Positions 27,401 through 41,435 of a stretch of DNA of 64,000 nucleotides are shown here, piece by piece. The DNA is from Bispira polyomma. Its lineage: Eukaryota. The stretch spans positions 11,966,001 to 12,030,000 of the forward strand of contig OZ287754.1 in the NCBI GenBank assembly GCA_965649765.1, given 5' to 3'. The notes below the pieces were generated by a model that was not told where the DNA came from, searched no databases, and saw only the letters and a list, made by a program, of their open reading frames with translations. Positions within the stretch are counted from its first letter, which is position 1, and the number at the start of each line of letters is the position of its first letter. The translations under genes and the position numbers were made by a program.

Positions 27401-27827
27401 ATACACACATATATTTAGAAAGAAGAATGAATGAAGTGATTTGCATTGATTGTGAGATTCCAAAACAATAATAAACTAAAAAAAAGCTATTTAAGAAATG
27501 AAAACATATCCTCTATAAATTTATTTTAGGTTCAAATATATCAAAGTGATCAAATATCTTACATACAACATGTGCTATTACATAAGATATACTGTATTAC
27601 TGGAAAAGGTTCCGATGTATTTTTTACGAATGATGAGTGATGAGAGTGCAGCTTCTAAATTCAAGCTATTAATTTGAACCACATTCTCATGCAGTGATAC
27701 TGAGCTATGGTTGCAGAAGTATTTAATATTTTAACATTGGGTATGATGATATTTTCCTTTATTTTAAATAAGGAAAAAGGGATATCAAATTATAGTTAGA
27801 ATTACTAGAGACAACATACATTATTAG

Positions 27828-27934
27828 TAATAATAAAATATTTTAATCTGTACCATATTGGCAAAATGTTATACAATTTGACCAGTGGTGAACAAAACTT
27901 GTATGGAAACATAGAGGAGCACAGATTCAACCAG
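27828..27934 (+). CDS. Candidate second exon of copy 2 (VIIKYFNLYHIGKMLYNLTSGEQNLYGNIEEHRFNQ)
   Basis: TTAG acceptor and CAG|GTAAAG donor, open frame. Phase 1 in and phase 0 out joins 24430-24463 to 28350 in frame. The acceptor is weak. Confidence 0.4.
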
Positions 27935-30900
27935 GTAAAGGTAGATACAATGTAGATGTTTGTAAATGGTCATTCTAAAGCCTCACTCTCAGGGGAATGA
28001 CAGTTACTGCTGGTTATTGGCTTGTACTTGAATAGTACTGTGCATTTTAAGTACCAGATCAAGTAGAACAATGTGATGTATAGAATACAACATTACACCA
28101 ATACAATGAATCATTGCAAGCATTATATATTGCACACCTTTGGAAATTACATTATCTCGAGTCTTTAATGCATTGGGTCAAATCTGACAAATATTGTTAC
28201 ACTACATATTGAAATTCAGTACTATAATTTACTTATATCAATTAACCATTAAGATTTATACAAAGGAGTATTTCTTTAAATTACAATGAACTATTTTTGT
28301 CCACTCCATACTTAGTCATAAAATTGATTACATTTGTTAAGTTTTGCAGATCCAGTACAGTTTAACTGGTGTAGGGTGTCTTGACAATGGGGGTCAACTA
28401 CCATATGATACACATACATATGACCCATGTTTGGATGGCAATCACCACTTGATCACAGATCACACCAGAAGTGCTGATTACTACGACCCTGACTCACCAC
28501 TAATAAATGACGACTATAATTACTTTTATAATGAGGGTACATTGGAGAAGAATGGCTGGTACAGATCTGTCATACCTGGGGCTGAGGATATTGCACTGGC
28601 TAGACCTGAATATGGACATTGTCAGGCAGAAAAGCATTTCTATTTTGATAATAAGCTTATTCATTAGAAAGATATATGGCATTGTTTGAAATATTTTTTT
28701 AAAAATAAACAAATACCATTCGGTAATGTTTCAACACAATGACAACGTATTTAACTAAAATACTTGAATAATTTAAACTATTATAGTATATATATAACAT
28801 AAAAAGCTCACTTTTTTGTAAACTGATTTTTGGTAATGTTTTAACACCATTACAACGTATTTAAGTAAAGTACTTGAATAATTCAAATTATTATATTTTA
28901 TATATTACATAATAACATTTTTTTTATATATCACATAATAACATTTTTTTATATATTACATAAAAACATTTTTTTACTCCAGCCGAATACAATTTACATA
29001 TTAACAATTTCAACGATGTGGACGATTTCTATGAGATTGATATATCTCATAGTGACTATGGATGTTGTCCTATGTCATATTTTTGTGTGAAGCAATGTGG
29101 CAGTTTTAATGTGTATCAGTTAGGACACTATCATGACTGGTGGGGGCCTGGTGAAGGAAGGTTCTGTTTTGGTAGGTGGATTACAACTTTGTGTTTAAAA
29201 ACAAAATGTTCCAATCAGAATTTCTACAGAGTTTACATTTGTGTCAGGTTTACATCAACATTGAACATTACATAAAATTTTCATTTGTTTTGTCAAATAA
29301 CATTCTGAGTAATAGTAATTGTTAGACATAATATCACATAAAATGTTTATTCATGCTAATACAATATTTTCTACATTTTATTTTAGGAGGTGCTGGGCAA
29401 TGTCCTGAAGATCATGAACTCTGCAAACGTATGTTGTACTGATATAAAAGTTAATTCTGTTCATGGCACACAGCCTACAGATCAGATATTTTGCTACTTT
29501 GATTTCTTTTTACATAACATACTATAACAACATGGTACAGATATTGGATATTATATTCTAATTTTTATCTCATGTCTCATTTAGTTTAACAATTTTCAAG
29601 TGTTACCGGTTCCTAAAAGTAATGTAGATGACATTTACGAGCAGAATTTAAGCAAAGCAAGTTAGGTATTCACTCTTGATAGAGAAGATTATGCTTCTGA
29701 ATCAATTACTGTTGATCTCATCTTTGTCATAGGTAAGACACAATGTACAAATATGGTAATGATGCAGTTTTGTATTAGACTGTAGTAGAACATTGTTCGG
29801 ATGTGGCCATCTGCATTATACTAATACTTTACTGACTTGCTGTAAACATTTTATTTTAGAGCTCTTCAAATCCAGAAATAGGCCCACCATCTCATACAAC
29901 TCACAACAGGTAAACGTTGGAAATGGTATATGCAATGAAGAGGTCGAATTTGTCTGTCAGGTTACACAGTGGGTAAATGGAACCGATGTAAACAAACTGC
30001 AATTCACCTGGTCTGCTGTTACTGATGTTGATGATATTGTCACTATATTTGAAGAAGTGAAGCAGGGACTGGATCAGTCATCTGTACTAACTATGGAGCA
30101 GATTCAAAGCAAGGGCATCACCAAAGGGAATTTTGAGGTACTTACATCTTACATTTTATCAAAATAAGACATCTTATGATAATCTTACTTAAAATCTAAC
30201 ACTCATAAATAATTTGTACTCCTTTTTTTACACACATATTTTGTACGTTTTGTATGCTTCATTTGTGTTTGTCTGAATCAAATATATAATACAAACATCA
30301 TTAAAAAGAGATGTGACAAAATGTTTTTTTGGTATGCATTAAGTTTTTAAACACCAGTAAATCATCAAAGTAAATAGTGTAAATATATCTCATCTAAATC
30401 ATGCCCATTGATGTATCGCATAATCTGGCATAATCCCTGAAACTAAACTAGAACAGGGTATTTTAAAGATTGTCATTCTACACTAAAAAATGTTTGGTCC
30501 ATTTTAAGAATGATTTAAAGAAGTTACTCTTATTTCAGCTAGAGTGTGAGGTCCAATGGAGCACCAATAACAATGGGAACATATTTGGAGAACCTGTATC
30601 CACTACTTTCTACGTTGGATTAAAAATAAGCCACACTGACATTAAACTGACCGAAGGTCAAAATCCACAGGATATAGCATTGATGTCCACGGTTCCACTT
30701 GGAGTGAATATCCATGTAGTGAGCGTACCACACATATCTGTACAGTAGAAGTCCCAATTATATACCATCAGGCCAATCAGATTGCAATTCATTCTGATGA
30801 CACCTATGAAGACACTGGAAATTGTGAGGAAACCCTGAGTGTTACACTACATATTACTGGAAAAGTCAAATTTGGTGAAACCCTTAATGTACCAATGAGC

Positions 30901-33900
30901 ATATACCCTAAGGATGATGGCAAGTATGACGGGACCCAACAGGTGGATGTACAGCTAGGACTAGATAGTTCTGATTATATGTGGAATGGTCTTACATTTA
31001 CCATAAGCGTAAGTGGGATTTCAAGTATTACTGGTGTCCTATTATTATATATTTCTATCTTAAATCTGAATTACATGTTATGCATTATGGTTAATGGAAT
31101 AACAAAATTAACGTTGTTATTACAAGTTTTTGTCTGTATCTAGGAATCTCAGACTCTCATTAAGGCCATGACCATTGTATTTCAAAATATGTGTGTGATA
31201 TCTCTTCTGAAGCACTTTTGGTTGCATTTATTGCAACTGTTAATGCATCTTGAATTTGCTTTAAATAGTGATTTTAAAAATTATCCATGATTTTCTTAGG
31301 TTTTAGTTGATGATATCAACAGAGGTTATGATCATGCAAGATGTTCATTTGTGAATGACCTACATGTCGGAAATTTTGATGGAAAGTAGGCCTGACTCTT
31401 TGTTTATCATATGTAATGAGATAAACAGAACCTAGAGCTATATAATATGCAATAATAATTATAGCTACCCCGTGCCTAGATTATATAACAACAGAACCAA
31501 CCAACAGTTGTCCTACAAAAAGAACAGAGGCACACAGTGTCCAATATACAAACATGGATATGGTCACTATATACTCTGGCAGGCTGCACCTGAAACCACT
31601 CTTTTTTACAGAGCTATTCTACATACATTTATTTATTTTATATTGTCGGCTCTACTTTTCCAAATGTTTTTGTTTACTTTGTCTAACAATTAATGCTATT
31701 TCTAACCAGCTAAGATACAGTAACAGTAACACATCTACCGTGGTATATATAAATTATTATTAGACACACACTTTTGTTGGAGTTTTCCTTAAATATTCTC
31801 TATTATAATGTACAGTTATGTTTTAGTCACTTTGAACTTCCACTGGAAGGAATATTTAAACTGATGAGACACTTAGAATATCCAATTGATGTAAGTCAAT
31901 AACCATCTTTTTTAATGCTCATATAAATAATATAATGTTATGATAGAAACAGGTATTTGTTGTTTTTTTGGTTGAATTGTTGCAATTTAAACAACATAAT
32001 AACTTGAAAGGGAACATTGTTGCACTGTTTAATCCATTGGTGCTTGTGATACTTAGTTTAAATATGGTCAGCTTAAAGACTTAACATTCAAATTACACAC
32101 TATTTAAAGCAACATTATTCATACATTTGCTGTCTTGCAACCCATCCATATTACATAGTAAGAAGGGATCAGTGCTACAATGTCTGTATGAGCTGTAGAA
32201 CTGAAGAAGCTCAGTAAAAGTATTGTTGTATTAACATTTATATGTAACACATTTATTTACCTTTATCTATTATTGAAACTACTGATTAATCATTTAATAA
32301 CTGCCCAAGTACAGCACCCGTGACTGTCACTCCCCTAAGCGAAGAGAGATACCTGGGCGACACATATATGTATGTTCTCACGCCAAGCTATGATTTTTAT
32401 TACATATATGTGCTATTTTAATACTAGTAATACCTGCAATAACGGTCAACTATTCTGGTTGCCTACATAAATGTATTTCTCTATTTGATTATACAGAGAA
32501 TACACATTATCCATTATAAATAACTGCATTATTGCTGAAAAGATAAAATTAAAGTAATTTGTATTAAATACATTTCTAGCTGTCCAGCGGCTAGATAAAT
32601 AAACGAAACTGCGATGGATTGAAGTGGCCAGATTATAAAACTGACAAATATTACCAATAGTTCTGAAAACTGTCCAATTATTGAACAAATATACACATAT
32701 ACATTGATTAACACTAATGAGTATAAATATGCATTCTTATATATTTATTTACATAATACAAAGTATGGCAAAAGGATATAAAGGAATTTATGTCTTCTAA
32801 AAGCTGTGATATTATGCATTACAATATGTATTATAATATTCTCAGATCGAGGGGTATTTCAAATCTTATGGTGGCTACACTGGAGTATGTGGAGTGGCTG
32901 TGAGGTGTAGTGGCAGTCTTTTTGTAGTGAGGTACTGCAGATAACCAGTCATAGCCAAATTTTACAGTTGTGACAGTTCATCCCCGCTCATAGTTGACAG
33001 AAATGATAGACAGTTTGATGTAAGCAGTATTTTTTTTTGGCATATTTGATGTACAAAACCTAGGTTTTTTTTATATTAACAAAAACTACATAACTATTTC
33101 ATTGGTCTAAAGGATATTTAATGATGTTTTATCAAAGTACATTTGTGAGTTTATATCAAATGTTTGATAATGCAGCTTAAAATTGATCCACTATATAAAT
33201 TATGCATTATATCGGCCAATTTGTTGGAAACAGTAGATATCCCTGATTGACATTTTTACTAAGGAATCAAAATTACCAGGAATACCAATTTTTTTTGTCA
33301 TATTTTAGTGAATTTACAACCAATACCAACCAGTATACATCTCTTAGAAATAGTAAGAAAATTAATAAATTTGAAATCAGCATAAGAACACCAATACTTT
33401 TTTACCAAAACAGCTAAAGACCCTGTCCAGAAGATTTCAATTACTATTCTTTTTACTTTTTATGTCCACATAAAGATATATCTTCCAACTGGAACTAAAG
33501 TAGAGTTTGCACAAGGTTACCTGAATATATACCCTTCTGCTGCTGACAGAAATAACATAGAAGGAATCTGCGGAAATTATAATGGTGACAGGAATGACGA
33601 CTTTGTTATCAAAAGCTCTGGACTGTTGGATTCAAACACCTATGAACCTAATGAATTCTCTGATTCTTGGAGGTCTTGTACAAATGTTTTTTTAAATGTT
33701 TCACTACAGATATGTTTGTGTACATCCAAATACTTTCAGTTATTCAAATAAATGATGTACTGACTCTGTTGTAGCTATGTTGTAGTCCCATTTTTGGTTA
33801 GAACTTTAGTGTCTTTGATATTGATATTGCTATCATATATTACTAAAACTAGGTCAGATCCAATCATTTGCTATATATACACATTCACTAGTGGGTTTAT

Positions 33901-36767
33901 ATTTGTAAATATTTACAGCATTAAGCAGAATTCACTTTTTCAAGGAACAATTCACAATGATAGCTCTCAATCTTTTGAAGACACAGAATTCTGTGATTGT
34001 GATGCAAACGGTGTCAGAAGATGCGGCCCTCTGCCAAGAAGAAATATTAAAATCAAAGGTGTGCAAGACATATCACAATTAGCTATAAATAAAACTTCCT
34101 GCCAGCTTGTTTCCAATTGAAACCCTTGCAAAAAGAATAAGCTCGGACTAACATTTAAACCAAATACCATGAGATCCATTAGCAATGACACTGTAAAAAA
34201 GATGCGTAATTCAGATTTCTTTTTACTCAGACCTTGTACTAAATGTATTCTATTTGACTATAAATTTTCTGATAATGATTTCACACTGTATACAATGAAA
34301 CTTTAACATAGTAAACTTTCTATCTGTTTATGTTAAGACTTACACCTTAGTTTGTTCAATACTGTATTATATATAGTATCTTGCTGTACCTACCAATACT
34401 ACACAGCGGTCATTCCTTGGATACAATTAACAGACTTATATAAGAAGTGTCAGTCAATTAAGTTAGGAAACATTTTAAGAATGACAGACACATTTATTGT
34501 AACAATATGATGCATTCATGTTTTACAGGAAAGAATGTAGTTCCAGGAGGAAACTGTAAAGAATACAAACGGTGTATTGTTTACACTGACTATGTCCTAG
34601 ATGAGGATGAATTAGTTTTGGATTACGACCCGAATTTTGTTGCTACTGTAAGTTTATTTCAATTAAGTTTAATGATGTAAACTAAATATGTACATTAATG
34701 ATCAATTGTATGAATCAATCTATCGACAGTGATGCATATGCAACATTCATGACATGCCTATGTTAAGGAGCTAGAATGGAAAAATGGATGGTTGCAAGAC
34801 ACAGCTGAGGAATTCTGCAATGATTACTTCTCATCCAAAGAAATTTTGCAATCTTGTGCAGAACTCATCAACATTGATAGTGGAATATCAAACTGTCTTC
34901 TTGACATACACGTGAGTTGATGAAGACTAATTTTATTTGGTCATTGAACAAGAGCTATTACTAATGTAAACAGTCAATTCACTATTATGCATATTAAAAT
35001 TTTCAAAGCTCGCTTTTAATAATTAGTCACACCATAAATAAATATAATTACAGACTATTACATGCATGAATGAGCAAGGAGAACATTTATACTGACATTT
35101 TTTATAAGTGGTAATTGATGGTTCCTTTAGTTTAACTCTGCATCTGGATCACAATGACCAATTGGTAAAATAGTGGTAAATTGGCAGTGATGTTTTCATC
35201 CACTGCAATGTGGCTCATATTCTTAACTTCCAAGATTGAAAACTTAATGTTATAATACAATGAAATGTAATTGAAACTATTTAACATATATGCAGCAATG
35301 TATGGTATGCCGCTCATTTGTAAATATAACCCACTTCCTCTTTGAGTCTTAACCAGTGGGGAGAAATGTGTAGCTTCAGCCTGCTTGATGATTGACGGTA
35401 AACAATTGGCTTTGCAGTGCACTGTGTATTTTAGAGCAGCCTTTTTATTTTATTAGAAAGTGTGATATAACATACCAAATGGACATGGGATGCATAAACT
35501 TGTTAATTGAATAATATGATATTACTTATATTAACTGGTAGAAGCCCCTGTTAGTCGTTACTATATAATAGAAAATATTTTCATATGTATAGAGTTTTAC
35601 ACAGCAATTTATTTATATTACAGACTTGAATAATATGATTTTTATTACATTTCAGATTACAGGAACTACTGACTACACAAAAACTCAACTGGATATGTTA
35701 TTGTCACAATGCATAAATAAGATAGAGAAATATGACATTGTCATTGCAGATGGTGACAAAAGTTATACCAACCCTTACAAGGACTTGCTAGAATCTGTCT
35801 GCTACTCTGATTGCAATGGAAATGGCCACTGTGAAAATGGTATAAGGTTAAAGTATCAATCTGGTTCTTGTTGTGCAACCTAAAGTTGTTTATACTTAAA
35901 AATATTGATTACATCTTTGTTGGAACTTGTTTTGGATATATCAAACTTATTTGCAATAACTTAATGTCCAGAGTTTTCAACCTGGTAGAAGCTTAAGCAC
36001 ATTTCACATTTACTTCAATTTCTGAATGCTAATTGTGTATTCAAATATCTAAGTGATACGTCTTTGTCAGTGCACCTGTTTGGCAATGTGTAAAAAGACA
36101 CTCATATTAGTCATGATTGATGGTTATTGTGTAAAGAAAACTATGGGCAGCTAAACAACTCAAGGGTTTGTAACGCAAATTTAGAAAGAAGAAGGGTAAA
36201 ATTTTCATTTGGCACCTGTATACTTGTCAAGAGAGGTACTATTAGGTTGATATTTATATACATTACCATTGGTTTAGGTGTTTGCCAGTGCCAGGATGAC
36301 TATGCTGGTCATGACTGCTCTGTGGACAAAAAACACATTCCTACACTACTGCCTTTCTACTCCAGTGGTTTGTGTGATAAAGGGTGCCGTCCCTGTCAAG
36401 ATACTGCTGTCTATGCAGACCTCTTACTGGACTCTGACAACCTTAAGTGCAGGGTGCAACCCTCAGATGTAATAACACAGTTTGTTTATGTTTAATATAA
36501 TATTGTATATATAATTTTACTGTACAAGTTGAAATTTAAGGTGAAAGAAAATGTCATAAATTTAGCCTTGTGAGAATTTCATTAGAATTAATTTTGACTG
36601 TTTAGTTCAAATATCAACACAAGTTTGAAATTGTCACTGGGATGTAATTTTTACTATCCCAACTCAATTTACTAAAATTAATTCCGAATGAAAATTATAT
36701 AGTATGTGGTAACATTACAATGTGTTTTTAGAGGTTCAGTAAAACATCAGGATTCATTTAACATCTG

Positions 36768-37850
36768 GGCTGGTACTCTCGAACCTATACTCAAATCTGA
36801 ATATATAGTCAACTCAAACCATGAATTTATACTCAAATTGGTATTCTGGAACGTAAACTCAACTCAGTATAAACTCAGGCATATTTGAAGTATATACTCA
36901 GTAGTATGATGTCACTGTGTGGCAGATTCTCAGTAAATTATGGTACTTTAGATCAGTTTATTCATTTCTTATCTGAAAATATTTATGAAATGGTGCAAGT
37001 CATTAACATTTTGTCTTCCCAATATTAGATATAACTTTATAGGTGCACAAAAAAGCCAAAAAGAAGTTTTCATAATTTTTACATGATATTTTATTCTTGT
37101 TTTTGTTTAATATTGTTTATTACTTCTAAATGTTGTGCTAACATGTAATAAGGAAATGCTTACTTAATTAAATTATTAGCTTACCTAATTAAATTATTAT
37201 CTGTATTAAAATTATTCATACCACAAATGCATTGCTAGTAAACATTATATATTTTTGTTTGTCAATTTTTTTTTGCACTCTGTAATAATTTCAATGAAAA
37301 TAAACATATATATACAAAAAAAAATTAAAAAAATTATTCATACCATGTCAACTTTTAGTTTATTACACTTATAGATCTGCAAGTGTTAAATGTTTGTGTT
37401 TCGATGACTGCAGTCTATTGAGATTTTACTTGAATTGTAAAGAAACAATATTGAAGTTCGTGTCAATATCATTAATATTATCACAAATTACAAAACAATT
37501 AACATAATTTACTGCTTTTGTGCATATTTAGTATTGCTGTAAAATGGTCACAAAGGGCAAACGATATGACTTTTTATATTAAAAGTATAAATAATTAACC
37601 TATCTTCAACAAAGTTTAGGAAAAAAATACTAAAAATTGAAATTCAAATGAAAAGTAAAGTTATAGTATGGTTATTATTAATATTTCATCTCATACTCAT
37701 TCGCTGAATATGCTATAGCCATACCCCAGGATTTAAGAACATACACAGTGGTATACTCATACTCAAACTGTCGAAAATACCAACTGCGTACATAAACCCA
37801 GAATGTTTTGAGTGAGTATATACACTGAGTATATCTCGAGAATACGGGCC
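36768..37850. mobile_element. Non-autonomous PIF/Harbinger-like element in a copy-2 intron
   Basis: Imperfect TIRs GGCTGGTACTCTCGA and TCGAGAATACGGGCC with subterminal ATACTCA repeats; 3-bp TSD CTG. Absent from copy 1. Confidence 0.7.
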
Positions 37851-40049
37851 CTGAAAGAGCTGCAAATATTTTGATCATACAATTTATATTGAGGTGCTTG
37901 AAGTATGACTAATTAAGCTTCCAGTGAGTGCTACTGCGTGGATCTCTTAATTCCCTAACAATTATCCTATCACATATTGCAGGTCAGCTATTCCTCTGTA
38001 TTAGAAGCTGTCATCTACAATGGTGTGATGGAGCATTTCCAGAAAGTATTCTGTCATATCCCTGAGCACACCATGCCATACATAGTGAGCATTGCATTGA
38101 CCAACAATGACCAAGATTACTCAGAGCCTCAGCCTTTACTGGTCTACCATAGCACCTGCTGGCACTGTAGTCTGGAAAGTGGCTGTGACAAGAAGGTAGG
38201 AAAAATGTTACAAAGAAAAAACGTACATTTTCCTACTCTTTTATGCTAAAATACATTTTCTACGCTATCAACATTTTATTTTCTGAACAAAATCTTGATA
38301 TCTCAACCAGTTTAGATAATAGAGGTACTACTGCATAGGTTATATAGCTAGTTGAAAGGTCTTCAGCTATTTTGCTACTTGTTTCTATGCTTTAAGTAAA
38401 TTTGAGTTTGAAATAGTAATTGTAACATCTTGTTTAGCTTCTAATGGAATGTGTTTGAAGCATACATTTTCAGTTTTATTTTGAATTTTCTTCAATAATT
38501 TGTGTATTTAATAAACATGATAGATCATTGCTAATTTAATACTACTTATATTGCTTATTACACTTGGTACATTATTGTAAACTGTGACATTGAGTAAATG
38601 GGTGAAATGTTGTTAATCAGCTAATGCTGTTTTTGTGCATCACTTATTTTACTAATACAACACCTTATCTTTAACATAATGATTTTACGACAGTTTAAGA
38701 CAATTGTGATTGAACATTGCATTGTATTTGATAGAAATCATCCTGTGTCATCAACACTGACTGTGTCGCAGCAGGAGAAAGCAATCCAAGTAATGTTGAA
38801 GAACACTGTGACCCTGAACTGGATGAATATGGGTGGTCTGCAGGTACAACCCTTGAAACTTTAGCACAGTTCTATTAACAAGTTATATTGTGTGTTTGAT
38901 TCTTGAGTGTTCAGTCACATTTAAGTTTCTAGTAGAGCATTATTAAGGAATCTGATTTGGTTAGTGTAAAACGTAAAACGCGGCTGTGCATATGGCTGTT
39001 CATTTAAAAAAAATCTTTTATTTTCATTCTACCAGGTTTTCTTACTATCTAAGGGTATTCACAAAAACTACCCTACTACAATCAACTTGATGGTAGGGTA
39101 AATTGTATTTTACTGTATTATACTGTTTTAACACACCCTATTGTTGTGCGGTGTCTTCTAAAGTGTAATATCAGAATCAGTTAATAGGGAAGTCCAAAAA
39201 CATAGTCATGTATGGTTTTTAATCGCACCATTAACCTAATCCTCTTTATTTTTATTTTCCAAAGTTCCAACTGAAACAACAAGTTCAGGAAAACTCAACC
39301 AAGAAGCAATAATTAGTATAGCCATTGCAGCTGCAATTGTCATTATCGCAGTGATTGTGATAATTGCAGTTGTTTGTAAACATAACAGGTGAGTAGTGAC
39401 AATTAACATAGTATGTAATTTATGTATATGTCACAATAGAATCTCAGGTACAAAATGTCTGAGCCTTATTTGAAATGACAGAATAATGAGTTGATCATTG
39501 CTGAAACTCTAATTTTGAAATGACACTATATTCCATTCAAGTAATGTATTGTTATGAAAGAAATATAAGATACACATCTAACATGAGTACCTTTAACATG
39601 TGGCTTGCAGTATAATTTATAAATAAATACTGTGCATCTCATATTTACAATACTTTAAATTATGGTATTCTATATTTACATCAGTAAGAAGGCTGAAAGA
39701 GTCACCTCTGAATTAGACCTTGGAAAAAGTCTGCACAACAGGACCCTTTAGGGGCCTGATACTTCAGTCCACTTACAAACCTTTTAACTTTCATCACAAC
39801 CTTAATTTCGGTTATACCAACAATATATGTAGCTATTTACTGGGCTACTAGCCAATCACAGCCCACACACTTGTTGTTTAGGCTTCACTTTCCAAATCAC
39901 CATTTTGAATCTACATTCAAGCTATAGAATTTAAAGCAACAACAAGTGAAAAATATTTTATGAAATAAATGAATTGTATTTATGTGATTTTATTATTTTA
40001 ACTTGGTTTTTATGACACATTGTGTGCTACATATTGTGAATCAATCGAC

Positions 40050-41435
40050 ATGGGTCGTACTAAGAAAACGCCCACACACAGCTCAGTTAAAAAATCGACC
40101 AAGAAACCACTTACAGCAAGAAAGACAAAGGAAAGGCAAGTAGTTGATTCTCTCGTCTTGGACCTCGACGGTCAATTATCACAGGTAGCGGGCCCCTCTA
40201 GTACTGACAATTCTTTTCAACAGATAAATAGCGATGCCTCGCCAATGATGGCGACTCGGGGGCCCCTACTTAGGCCGGGTTCCGACACAACCAGCAGCCA
40301 GAATTCTGACCAAATGCTTGCCATTCTCATGAGGCTTGAAGCTTCTAACGCCGACTTAGCTGGCCGTTTGCAGAAAGTAGAGCAACAGGCATCGACTAAC
40401 GCATCCATGTTACCTACCCCATCCCTCCTCAGGACGGGTCACACACCGGCCATCGGGCAGATGGGAACTACAGCTTCACTTAACGTGCAGGGTACATCTG
40501 CATACAACCAACCTGCTACAGGCCACCACGGTCAGATCGCTGCCGGCTCACTACCACAGACGGGTTATCCTCCTCAACAACCAGCACAGTGCAACGCTGC
40601 GTTCGCGCTTCCCACTCAGTCAGGTAATATTGCATCAGCTTATATGCAGAACGCTAGACCAGACATCCCCGTAGCAACACACACGGGCTATGCGGGTCAC
40701 GATTACCAACGAGACGGGATCGTACCGAATCTAGATGCTTTAAGAACCTTACCTCACGTCCAGGCGGAAGTTACCAGACAGCTTGCTCAGTATTCAGCAC
40801 TTGCACAGCGAGATATAACACAAGGTAAGGCATCTCTTAAGCATAAATCGGGACGGTTCAATAACACAGACGTCACTTCCATGGATCCCAGGCTAAGGTG
40901 GCCTAACGAAGGGTGGGTAGGGGGTTCTTCAAAGAAGAAGCCAACGTTCGATGAACTCACACTGCCGCAGTGGGCTGCAGGGCAGCTCGCTAACGCGCTA
41001 TTAGTACCTAACCCTGCTGAAATGAAGGACATGGTAAGACAAATAGTATCAGCACTCAGAGATGCTTCATCTCTTCCGTGGCACGTTGTCAGGACAGCCT
41101 GGGCTCTCAGTATGCACGAGGTTGAGGAGGGCCGGCTGTCCTGGCAGAACGACACCCAATAGTCACTGAATAGGCTCAATGCTTCACAGGTAGCCATGGT
41201 CAACAGTGCAAACGTAGGTATTAGCAACAGCAATTATAGCAACGATTCTAAACTTATTTGTAAGTTATATAACAATGGTAAATGTACCCACAAGTCAGAT
41301 CACGACAAATACAAACACATCTGTTGGCATTGTAGCCGAACCCTGGGGAAGGACTCCAACCACCCCGAGTTCAAGTGTTACAGATCCAACAGTAAACAGC
41401 TGGACACTCAGGTAAACCAAGGAAAGCAAAGCTAG
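40050..41435 (+). pseudogene. gag: Gag-like ORF1 of element 1 with C-terminal Cys/His zinc fingers; one internal TAG
   Basis: Starts MGRTKKTP. Contains WPNEGW..PTFDELTLPQWAAGQ and CKLYNNGKC...H...HICWHC...H...C. TAG at 41160-41162 sits where element 2 has Trp. Confidence 0.8.

Noticed and set aside
41160-41162. Programmed readthrough at the internal gag TAG
   Set aside because: Element 2 has Trp at this position, so a simple TGG to TAG mutation explains it.
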